Part shown: one piece after another, positions 8,143 through 15,647 of the stretch | Layout: each line of letters starts with the position of its first letter | How positions within the stretch are numbered: the first letter of the stretch is position 1 | Origin: a candidate division WOR-3 bacterium | Lineage (GTDB): Bacteria > Hydrothermota > Tepidihabitantia > SM23-42 > JAOAFX01 | DNA: 22,451 bases | Direction of reading: 5' to 3' | Assembly (NCBI GenBank): GCA_037444665.1 | Contig: JBBILZ010000040.1 | Coordinates: 1-22,451 of the forward strand | Notes under the pieces: generated by a model | The model's input: only the letters and a program-made list of their open reading frames with translations | Told to the model about the DNA's origin: nothing | The model's database searches: none | Program-made: the position numbers and the translations under genes

Positions 8143-8952
8143 ATGGATGACATATCGTCAATCATTGAGTCAGTAAAGGCATCAATCGTGGTCATAAGGT
8201 TGCCCAATGAAGGTAGGGGCAGCGGATTCTTTGTAAATGATAAAGGACTATTTATTACAAATAAACACACTGTTGCGCTGGATACCTTTATCACAACAAA
8301 ACTTTATAATAATCAAGAAGTTGAATCAATTGTAGTCTATGCAGATAATGATGTTGACTTTGCATTTTGTCTGGCAAGTGTCAATGAATCCACTCCAATC
8401 CCTCTTGCTAACAGTGATTCAGTTAAAGAAGGTGAACCTGTTGTAGCAATTGGCCATCCGTATGGATATGACTTTACTGTGTCTAAGGGAATTATCAGTT
8501 GTAAAAAGCGCGCGGTTAAGGGCATTAACTATATCCAGACCGATGTTCCGATAAACCCGGGTAATAGTGGTGGGCCATTGATCGATATGCAGGGCAAAGC
8601 CATCGGTATAAACACCTGGGTTGTTGGTGAAGCGGATAATATGAGTTTTGCAATTCCTGTCAATGCAATAAAAGATATATTGAATTACTTAAACAGCGTC
8701 CATAACCAGCTCCCAACAATGTATTATTGTCCAATCTGTGGTTATCTCAGCGATAAATTCATTAATACATCCAAGGCTGAATACTGTATAAATTGCGGGA
8801 CACAGAGGATAGAAAAGAAAAAGCAATCTGTAGAACAACCAACAGATACACCGGTCCAAAAAGTCAAAGTAGCAATGAAGGTCTGCCCCAAGTGCAAAGC
8901 ATCAAACGATGCTTCGGCGAATTTCTGTAAAAATTGCGGATCTAAATTTTAG
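8143..8952 (+). CDS. Trypsin-like (S1C-type) serine protease with two C-terminal zinc ribbons; no signal peptide, no PDZ
   Basis: GSGFFV, TNKHTV (His), DVDFA (Asp), IQTDVPINPGNSGGPL (Ser); CxxC pairs CPIC/CINC and CPKC/CKNC; SD AAGGAGG upstream. Confidence 0.9.
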   Translation: MDDISSIIESVKASIVVIRLPNEGRGSGFFVNDKGLFITNKHTVALDTFITTKLYNNQEVESIVVYADNDVDFAFCLASVNESTPIPLANSDSVKEGEPVVAIGHPYGYDFTVSKGIISCKKRAVKGINYIQTDVPINPGNSGGPLIDMQGKAIGINTWVVGEADNMSFAIPVNAIKDILNYLNSVHNQLPTMYYCPICGYLSDKFINTSKAEYCINCGTQRIEKKKQSVEQPTDTPVQKVKVAMKVCPKCKASNDASANFCKNCGSKF

Positions 8953-8960
8953 GAGGAAAA

Positions 8961-9416
8961 ATGTTTAGCAAAAAACAAACACCTGAAAAACAGAATGGAG
9001 AGGTAGATATTGCCTATTACGAGAAGATGGTCAATGACCTACTCACAAGTTTCGGTCTTGACCCTGAAAAATGCCGGCATAGACCAAAAACATTGTGGTC
9101 TGCGTATCGTGGCTCAGCCTTAATCTATACTGAAATCTTCAAATTGGACAATATAGATTATATTGAAATCTCCTGTCCGATAATGCTTTTGCCATCCCGG
9201 AATCTTTTACCATTCTACAGAAGATTACTTGAGATAAATTTTCAATTGATGGGTATTAAATTCTTTGTGCGCGACCAGTGGGTCTATATTGCTGAAAATA
9301 GAGAATTGAAGGGATTGAATTTTGAAGAACTCAAGGCAATGGAAGAACGAGTGAGTTATCATGCTGACCGTCTGGATGAACAACTAATTGAAGAATTCAA
9401 AAGCAGAACTGACTGA
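8961..9416 (+). CDS. YbjN/type III secretion chaperone-like domain protein
   Basis: 151 aa, acidic; W...RGSA.I, 'FYRRLLEINF', C-terminal helix 'ADRLDEQLIEEF', a pattern typical of the YbjN/CesT fold. SD AGGAGG (8951-8956) overlaps the protease stop. Confidence 0.7.
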   Translation: MFSKKQTPEKQNGEVDIAYYEKMVNDLLTSFGLDPEKCRHRPKTLWSAYRGSALIYTEIFKLDNIDYIEISCPIMLLPSRNLLPFYRRLLEINFQLMGIKFFVRDQWVYIAENRELKGLNFEELKAMEERVSYHADRLDEQLIEEFKSRTD

Positions 9417-9425
9417 GTAATATAT

Positions 9426-10379
9426 ATGAAGATTAGCCTTAAAATTATTCCTGCTACACTCGCAATTTTATTCTTTTTGCAAACAAATTTTGCCCAGGAA
9501 CAGGAGCCAAAAATAGTATACACGGGTATTTATTTGAACCAGATTACCAGTCTGAGTCTGAAAGACAATCAATATACTGCTGATTTTTACATCTGGTTTC
9601 GCTGGAAAGACAAAAATATAAACCCATTGGAAAGTTTTGATGTAGTAAATGGACATATAGAATCAAAAGAAGGGATATACGAGGATATTGTCCAGGGTTC
9701 TAACTATGGAGTCTGTCGTGTTGTCGCAACAATAAAAAAATTCTGGAATATTTCACGGTTTCCCCTGGATAACCATACATTAACGATTGAAATAGAAGAC
9801 AATGATAATGAAGAATCTAAATTAAAATATGCACCTGATACTGAAAATAGTGGAGTAGATCTTCAGGTGCAGGTACCAGGGTGGAAAATAGACACTGTCA
9901 ATGTAAATGTTGTAAGTCATACATATAAGACAAATTACGGTGATATTTCGCTGCCGACAAATAATGAATCAATATATTCACGGTTTGTCTTTTCACTGAA
10001 TATTGTTCGCCCCGGCTACGGCTATTTCTTCAAATTATTCTTCACTGTGTTTGTTGCCGCAATTGTTGCATTGATAGCATTATTCATAAAACCAACAGAC
10101 CTTGACCCGAGATTTGGACTTGGTGCAGGAGCATTATTTGCTGCGGTTGCGAGTGAAGTTGTCATTGCCTCTTTACTTCCTGATACAAACATTATTACAC
10201 TCACGGACAAACTCCACATTCTATCTATCTTCTTCATTTTCTTATCAATCGGAGAATCTATCATTTCATTAAGACTATTTACAAGTGGAAAAGAGAAAAC
10301 CTCACAAAATCTTGATAGAATTTGTTTCTTTATATTTATAGTAGCCTATTTTATCCTGAACCTTATTTTTCTGCTTTAA
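9426..10379 (+). CDS. Prokaryotic pentameric ligand-gated ion channel (GLIC/ELIC-like Pro-loop receptor)
   Basis: Signal peptide, beta-rich ECD (YTADFYIWFRWKD, FPLDNHTLTIEIE Pro-loop, GWKI), pre-M1 Arg (IVRP), four TM helices with M2 PRFGLGAGALFAAVA, LP loop and M3 TLTDK. Confidence 0.85.
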   Translation: MKISLKIIPATLAILFFLQTNFAQEQEPKIVYTGIYLNQITSLSLKDNQYTADFYIWFRWKDKNINPLESFDVVNGHIESKEGIYEDIVQGSNYGVCRVVATIKKFWNISRFPLDNHTLTIEIEDNDNEESKLKYAPDTENSGVDLQVQVPGWKIDTVNVNVVSHTYKTNYGDISLPTNNESIYSRFVFSLNIVRPGYGYFFKLFFTVFVAAIVALIALFIKPTDLDPRFGLGAGALFAAVASEVVIASLLPDTNIITLTDKLHILSIFFIFLSIGESIISLRLFTSGKEKTSQNLDRICFFIFIVAYFILNLIFLL

Positions 10380-10390
10380 AGGAGGCTTTG

Positions 10391-10903
10391 ATGGATTTGA
10401 AAGAATTTGTCAGGGATATTCCTGATTTTCCCCAAAAAGGGGTGATGTTCAGGGATATTACAACCCTTATAAAAGAACCAGCAGCATTTAAATATGTTAT
10501 TGATAGCATCGTGAACAGATACCGCAATGCAAAGATTGATAAGGTGGTATCAATTGAGGCGCGCGGTTATATCTTTGGTGGCGCCATTGCTTATAATCTA
10601 AATTGTGGCATTGTGCCGGTCAGAAAACTTGGCAAACTACCTGCCGAAACAGTAAGAATGGAATACGACCTTGAATACGGTAAGAGTATTATTGAAATTC
10701 ATAAAGACGCTATAGAAAAAGGTGAGAATGTTTTATTATTTGATGATGTCCTGGCAACTGGTGGAACAATGCTCGCCGCCTGCAAACTTGTTGAGATGCT
10801 CGGTGGCAATGTCATCGCCTGCGCTTTTGTTGCAAATCTAACGTATCTATCTGGTAGCCAAAAACTAAAAGGATACGAGATATACTCGCTGATTGATTAT
10901 TAA
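10391..10903 (+). CDS. apt: Adenine phosphoribosyltransferase
   Basis: Start moved to ATG 10391 after SD AAGGAGG (170 aa); RDIPDFPQKGVMFRDITTL, EARGY, RKLGKLP, YDLEYG, PRPP motif VLLFDDVLATGGT. Confidence 0.95.
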   Translation: MDLKEFVRDIPDFPQKGVMFRDITTLIKEPAAFKYVIDSIVNRYRNAKIDKVVSIEARGYIFGGAIAYNLNCGIVPVRKLGKLPAETVRMEYDLEYGKSIIEIHKDAIEKGENVLLFDDVLATGGTMLAACKLVEMLGGNVIACAFVANLTYLSGSQKLKGYEIYSLIDY

Positions 10904-10930
10904 TTAAAATTAAGTAAATAATTGTTTAAT

Positions 10931-11944
10931 TTATTTGATAAGAATATAAAAATAAGTGATAAAAAGGAATATGATTAAAATTAAAAGAATAATTAATAGA
11001 AAATATATTCCTGTATTACTCTTTTTTTTCTTTTTCTTTTTGGCTGTTCCTTTAACAACAGTTGTCACTTCTCTCTGTTCTTCTATCTGATTTAATAACT
11101 TTTCAATATTATCCTCAACCATTGCCTGACCCTTCCAGCCAAGAAAATTGTTCAATGCTCTGAGCATTTCCTCTGCAGATTTGTAGCGACTCTTGGGATT
11201 CCTTTTCATCGCCCGATTGATTATCCTGCTCAGACGCCAGCTATGGTGGGGGTCAAGCCAGAATGGTGACCTGTATTGCCCACGGCAAATCTTTGTTATG
11301 ATACCTTGATTCTCTTCTGCAACAAAAGGCTTCTTGCTGGTAACCATCTCATAAAGAACCACGCCTAAGGAAAAAATATCGGTCTGAAAACCAACCTTAC
11401 CACCACCTGCCTGTTCAGGTGACATATAAAAAGGCGTGCCAATAATTGCACCGGTCGTTGTCAAATCCGGTGCATCAATATCCCGTGCTACACCAAAATC
11501 GGTCAATTTCACAATCCCTTCTTTAGAAATCAGGATATTTTTAGGTTTTATATCACGATGGATAATTCCATTCTTATGAGCACAGACCAGTGCCTTACAT
11601 ACTTCACGGGCAATAGAAGCAGCAATTATAGGATGCAATGGTGCCTGTTTCTCTATCACATCAGCAAGGTTCAGCCCTTCAATATACTCCATTACCAGAT
11701 AATGTCCACCACCCTCACGAAAATAATCATAAATTTCAACAATGTTTCGGTGGTGAAGATTGGCACATATCTTTGCTTCCCTTTTGAATCTTGTCTGAGC
11801 TTCACCATCAAGATTCTTCATCATCTGTTTTATTACTACAATGCGGTCAAGCGAACCCTGTATTGCAGTATAAATGTGCGCCATACCACCCTTACCAATG
11901 GGTTTGAGAATCTTATAATTACCAATGGTTGAATTCTTATTCAT
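10931..11944 (-). CDS. Hanks-type Ser/Thr protein kinase with C-terminal membrane anchor
   Basis: GKGGMA, VVIK, HRDIKPKN, DFG, activation loop DLTTTG..IGTPFYMSPEQ; poly-Lys then one hydrophobic helix at the extreme C-terminus; no extracellular PASTA or sensor domain. Confidence 0.93.
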   Translation of the reverse strand: MNKNSTIGNYKILKPIGKGGMAHIYTAIQGSLDRIVVIKQMMKNLDGEAQTRFKREAKICANLHHRNIVEIYDYFREGGGHYLVMEYIEGLNLADVIEKQAPLHPIIAASIAREVCKALVCAHKNGIIHRDIKPKNILISKEGIVKLTDFGVARDIDAPDLTTTGAIIGTPFYMSPEQAGGGKVGFQTDIFSLGVVLYEMVTSKKPFVAEENQGIITKICRGQYRSPFWLDPHHSWRLSRIINRAMKRNPKSRYKSAEEMLRALNNFLGWKGQAMVEDNIEKLLNQIEEQREVTTVVKGTAKKKKKKKSNTGIYFLLIILLILIIFLFITYFYILIK

Positions 11945-12899
11945 TTGCTATCACCACACAATTTCTTCCCCGTGCTTTTGCCTGGTAAAGTGCCTGGTCT
12001 GCCCTTTTTATCAATTCCTGCGTATTTATAAACTCATTTACATCGGTCGCCACACCAATACTTACTGTCACCTTTATGCCGATAATCTGTTTAGATTTTT
12101 CTTCAATAATCTTGCGAATCGTCTCAGCAATCATTTTTGCATTATAAACATCCATATTAGGAAAAATGATAACAAATTCCTCACCACCGTATCGTGCAAC
12201 AATATCGTCCTTTCTACATAAGGCGCGAATAATATGTGCCACCCCCCTTAAAACTTCATCACCTTTATCATGGCCCAATGTATCATTCACTTTTTTGAAA
12301 TGGTCAATATCAACAAAGAGTAATGATAGCGGATAATGCTTGCGATGTGCCTCAAGAAATTTCTCCTCAAAAACTTTATCAAAATAGCGCCGATTATAAA
12401 GGTCAGTCAACCGGTCAAAATTTGCTTGCTTTGTCAATTTTTTTCTACTCTTGAGCACCTTTTCGTGGTACTTTTTTAAACTTAAGGCAATATCCCTTTC
12501 TCTTATCTTCTCGGCAAGTGATTTATATTCCGCAATTAAACGCTGGGTTTCATTACCACCTGATTCAGCCTGTGTTTCATCATAAATACCTTCAATCCCT
12601 CTGCCATCATCAAAAATAATTGTAAAATTTCCAATATTGATTTCATCGCCGTGTCGCAATTCTATTGTATCTATTCTTTTGCCATTTACGAATGTGCCAT
12701 TAGTGCTCTTCAAGTCTTCAATTATAAATTTACCATCTTTATAATAGACCCGTGCATGCTTGCGTGAAACTTCTTTGCCATCAATTAAAAAATCACATTC
12801 ATTTGCTCTGCCAATGATATATTCCTGTCTTTCAATGGGTAGACTCTTTAACAGGATTCGCTCATCAATCAAAACAAGGGATGGTTTACCATCAGCCAT
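11937..12899 (-). CDS. FHA domain-GGDEF diguanylate cyclase
   Basis: Start moved to ATG 12899 (MADGKP..., 320 aa) because the longer ORF overlaps rpsT and spans two promoters. FHA motifs IIGR, VSRKHA, DLKSTNGTFVNG; coiled coil; DRLTDLYNRR, DIDHFKKVNDTLGH..GD, RKDD I-site and RYGGEEF. Confidence 0.9.
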   Translation of the reverse strand: MADGKPSLVLIDERILLKSLPIERQEYIIGRANECDFLIDGKEVSRKHARVYYKDGKFIIEDLKSTNGTFVNGKRIDTIELRHGDEINIGNFTIIFDDGRGIEGIYDETQAESGGNETQRLIAEYKSLAEKIRERDIALSLKKYHEKVLKSRKKLTKQANFDRLTDLYNRRYFDKVFEEKFLEAHRKHYPLSLLFVDIDHFKKVNDTLGHDKGDEVLRGVAHIIRALCRKDDIVARYGGEEFVIIFPNMDVYNAKMIAETIRKIIEEKSKQIIGIKVTVSIGVATDVNEFINTQELIKRADQALYQAKARGRNCVVIANE

Positions 12900-12906
12900 T
12901 AACTCA

Positions 12907-12934
12907 AGTATAACAATATTTATTTCAAAGTCAA
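12907..12934 (-). promoter_or_regulatory. sigma70-like promoter of FHA-GGDEF/kinase operon (leaderless or near-leaderless)
   Basis: Minus strand TTGACT (12934-12929), 16 bp, extended TGn-TATACT (12912-12907); ATG follows after 7 nt with no SD. Confidence 0.75.
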
Positions 12935-12963
12935 GCCAGAAACGATTGCCTGCAACAAAGTAG

Positions 12964-12991
12964 TTGACTTTTTTTATTTTTTTTATATAAT
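12964..12991 (+). promoter_or_regulatory. sigma70-like promoter of rpsT (predicted leaderless)
   Basis: TTGACT (12964-12969), 16 bp, TATAAT (12986-12991); ATG 12997 follows after 5 nt with no SD. Confidence 0.78.
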
Positions 12992-12996
12992 TGACC

Positions 12997-13263
12997 ATGC
13001 CAATTAAGAAAAGGTCAAGAACGGTTCTTAAGAACATTCGCAAATCGCGACGGCGCTATTTGATGAATCTTAAAAAGAAAAAAGAGTTGAAATCTGCAAT
13101 CAAAAAGATAAGGAAAGCAGAGTCAAAAAAAGAGGCGCTGAAGCTTCATCCTGGGGTTCAGGCAGTAATTGATAAATCGGTTCAGGATGGTATTATTAAA
13201 AAGAATACTGCTGCCCGCTACAAGTCAAGATTAGCGAAGTTCATAGCAACCAGACTCAAATAA
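12997..13263 (+). CDS. rpsT: 30S ribosomal protein S20
   Basis: 88 aa, very basic; MPIKKRS..., N...K..LKSAIKK, IDKSVQDGIIKKNTAARYKSRL. The track's TTG at 12991 overlaps the -10 box, so ATG 12997 is preferred. Confidence 0.92.
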   Translation: MPIKKRSRTVLKNIRKSRRRYLMNLKKKKELKSAIKKIRKAESKKEALKLHPGVQAVIDKSVQDGIIKKNTAARYKSRLAKFIATRLK

Positions 13264-13265
13264 TT

Positions 13266-14480
13266 CTGAAAAGATACATTCTTTATTTAGGCATCCGTAT
13301 CCTTGCAATATTAATCATTGGTAATTTTTATAATCCCCGTGATTATGAGTATGGTGAAATTGCCCGTAATATAATCACTGGCAATGGATTCAGCAGGATT
13401 ACAATTTCTGGTGAAAATCCTGTGCCTACTTCTTCCCATGCCCCATTATACCCATATTTTCTTGCCTTTTTTTATCAATGGGGCACAAAACCTTTTAATT
13501 ATTTTCTGATTTATATAATACAGGCATTATTTTCTATTTTCACCATCTATTTTGTATTTAAAACTGCCCGACTTATTTTTAATGATTCTGTTGCCCGCAA
13601 GGCTGAATTCCTGATTGCACTTTATCCACCATTCATCTATTATATTACCAAATTCGTTCCCACGACAATATTTTTGTTTTTAATCGCACTGGTAGCATAT
13701 TTATTCATAAATAGTAAGGCCAAAAACTTTTTATACTATCTGTTATGCGGAATAATCCTGGGGATAACAATCTTATGTGAGCCCGTGGCATTTGTTTTAT
13801 ACCCTGTCATACTTGTCTGGTTCTTCTTTGAAAAACGCATCAACTTTTTTCAGGTATGTCTGATTATATTTATCTCTATTCTCGTCCTTCTGCCCTGGAC
13901 ATTCAGAAACTATAAAGTTCATCAGACATTTGTTCCAGTAACAACCCAGTTCGGTGTCAACTTATGGATTGGCAATAATCCTAATGCCACAGGAACAGAT
14001 TTTTATAAGATAACATCCATCCAGACCGATGAATATATATTAATGACACAGACCCTGCCCGCCAATATTCAGGATAGTTTGAACAGAATACCTGAAATTG
14101 AAAGAGCAAGATTTTACCTGCAACAGGGAAAAGACTTTGCATTGCATAATCCATTTAAATTTTTAAGATTGTTAATAAAAAAATTTTTTTATTATTGGTG
14201 GTTTGCACCATCAAGTGAATACACATCTAAAGACTTACAAAAATACAGAATTCTCATATATATATTTTATGTTCCTGTGCTCATACTGGGATGGCTCGGG
14301 TTATTGTTATCAATCAAAAACCATAAACCAGTCCTTTTTATATTTTTATCAATTATTTTTACTTCTGCATTATATATCTTTACCCATGTTGGCTTAATAA
14401 GATACCGTATGCCAGTAGAATTATTTCTGTTGATGTTCAGTGCATATGCTATTCCACCTTTCAAAAATGAAAATACCTGA
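13266..14480 (+). CDS. GT-C (ArnT/PMT-like, GT39/GT83-type) polytopic membrane glycosyltransferase
   Basis: Multiple TM helices, HAPLYPYFLA, LPWTFRNY, GVNLWIGNNP, RYRMP. The frame is open upstream of GTG 13422 and encodes a typical first TM plus DYEYGEIARNIITGNGFS, implying a start near CTG 13266 (404 aa). Confidence 0.8.
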   Translation: MKRYILYLGIRILAILIIGNFYNPRDYEYGEIARNIITGNGFSRITISGENPVPTSSHAPLYPYFLAFFYQWGTKPFNYFLIYIIQALFSIFTIYFVFKTARLIFNDSVARKAEFLIALYPPFIYYITKFVPTTIFLFLIALVAYLFINSKAKNFLYYLLCGIILGITILCEPVAFVLYPVILVWFFFEKRINFFQVCLIIFISILVLLPWTFRNYKVHQTFVPVTTQFGVNLWIGNNPNATGTDFYKITSIQTDEYILMTQTLPANIQDSLNRIPEIERARFYLQQGKDFALHNPFKFLRLLIKKFFYYWWFAPSSEYTSKDLQKYRILIYIFYVPVLILGWLGLLLSIKNHKPVLFIFLSIIFTSALYIFTHVGLIRYRMPVELFLLMFSAYAIPPFKNENT

Positions 14481-15594
14481 AGAAGTTGAACATAAAATTC
14501 TTTCTGAATTGGGGATTACTGATATATATAATAACCCAAAACTCTTTTCTGAAAAAATAGACATCTTAAGAAAACAGATGGCTTATCTTTCACAGGATTT
14601 TGCAAAACTCAAGCCTACTGAATCACAGTATCAAGATGCCTATTTTGCCTTCAATTTTCCTCAAAATTTTGTTAAGGCAATGCTGGTTATTAATAAAACA
14701 TACAACCTTTATAAAATCCCATTATTAAATGACAAAATCAAAATCCTTGACCTTGGTTGTGGTGAAGGTGCTGCAATGTTTGGTCTGTATTATGGATTAA
14801 AAAATATTAAACCTGACATGAGCATATATTTCACAGGGGTAGATATAGAAAATAATCTGCTCAATAGATGCGGACTGCTCTTAGAATGGTTGCAACATTT
14901 ATATGGTAATATCCGTTTTGATACATTAAAAAAGTCTGCCCTGGATTTTATCATTGATTGTTCAGGCGAATACGATATCATTATTATTTCAAATGTGCTT
15001 GTAGAAATCTTTTCTGAAAATAATATTCCAATAAATGTTATGAAAAAAATTATTCGCCTCTTGCAAAGTAATGGTATAATTGTAATAATTGAACCCGCAT
15101 TAAAACCCCTGACCCGTCGTCTGATGGAATTTGCTGACTGGCTAAAGAAAGAAAGTATCGGTTATATTCTTATCCCCTGCCTTCACCATAACTCCTGTCC
15201 CCTGCTCCAAAAGAAAAATGAATGGTGCCACCAGAGTATAAAGTGGACACCACCAGAATATATGAAAATCCTCAATCAACCCCTTTACCGTAAGATTGAA
15301 TATCTAAAATTTTCTTATCTGGTAATCTCCAAGCAGAATTATGGTTATATCAAGGATAATACATATGCTGTAATCAGCAGATTATTCAAAGAAAAAGGAA
15401 GGAAAAGGGCTCTGCTGTGTAGAAAAGATGGAGTGGTTGAACTCGTCAGGTTGGACCGTGATAAAGGTAAAAAAAATCAGGAATTTGATATTATTAGTAT
15501 GGGGGATATTGTGCAAATGGAAAAAGAAATAAGAACAAGAAAGTTATACTGGAAGATTGTTAAAGATACTGAAATAAAAAGGCTTGATTTTTGA
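14467..15594 (+). CDS. Rsm22/METTL17-like class I SAM-dependent methyltransferase
   Basis: Likely start ATG 14467, overlapping the upstream gene end. AYFAFNFP.N, ILDLGCGEG, IIEPA...TR.L, PCLHHNSCPL...WCH, KFSYLV, LLCRKDG. Confidence 0.75.
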   Translation: MKIPEEVEHKILSELGITDIYNNPKLFSEKIDILRKQMAYLSQDFAKLKPTESQYQDAYFAFNFPQNFVKAMLVINKTYNLYKIPLLNDKIKILDLGCGEGAAMFGLYYGLKNIKPDMSIYFTGVDIENNLLNRCGLLLEWLQHLYGNIRFDTLKKSALDFIIDCSGEYDIIIISNVLVEIFSENNIPINVMKKIIRLLQSNGIIVIIEPALKPLTRRLMEFADWLKKESIGYILIPCLHHNSCPLLQKKNEWCHQSIKWTPPEYMKILNQPLYRKIEYLKFSYLVISKQNYGYIKDNTYAVISRLFKEKGRKRALLCRKDGVVELVRLDRDKGKKNQEFDIISMGDIVQMEKEIRTRKLYWKIVKDTEIKRLDF

Positions 15595-15611
15595 TGAAAT
15601 TTATTTATAAT
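15584..15611 (+). promoter_or_regulatory. sigma70-like promoter of metK-ahcY
   Basis: TTGATT (15584-15589), 16 bp, TATAAT (15606-15611); SD GGGAGG before ATG 15648. Confidence 0.7.
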
Positions 15612-15647
15612 TAGAATTAAAAATAACCTTATGCAGAAGGGAGGCAA

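Noticed and set aside
10322..10390. N-terminal extension of apt in the ORF track
   Set aside because: It overlaps the pLGIC gene; SD and homology point to ATG 10391.
12900..13043. 48-aa N-terminal extension of the FHA-GGDEF ORF
   Set aside because: It overlaps rpsT on the other strand and runs across two clear promoters.
15612..15647. SAM riboswitch upstream of metK
   Set aside because: The predicted leader is only about 30 nt with a 4-bp CCTT/AAGG stem; no recognisable SAM-I, -II or -III consensus.
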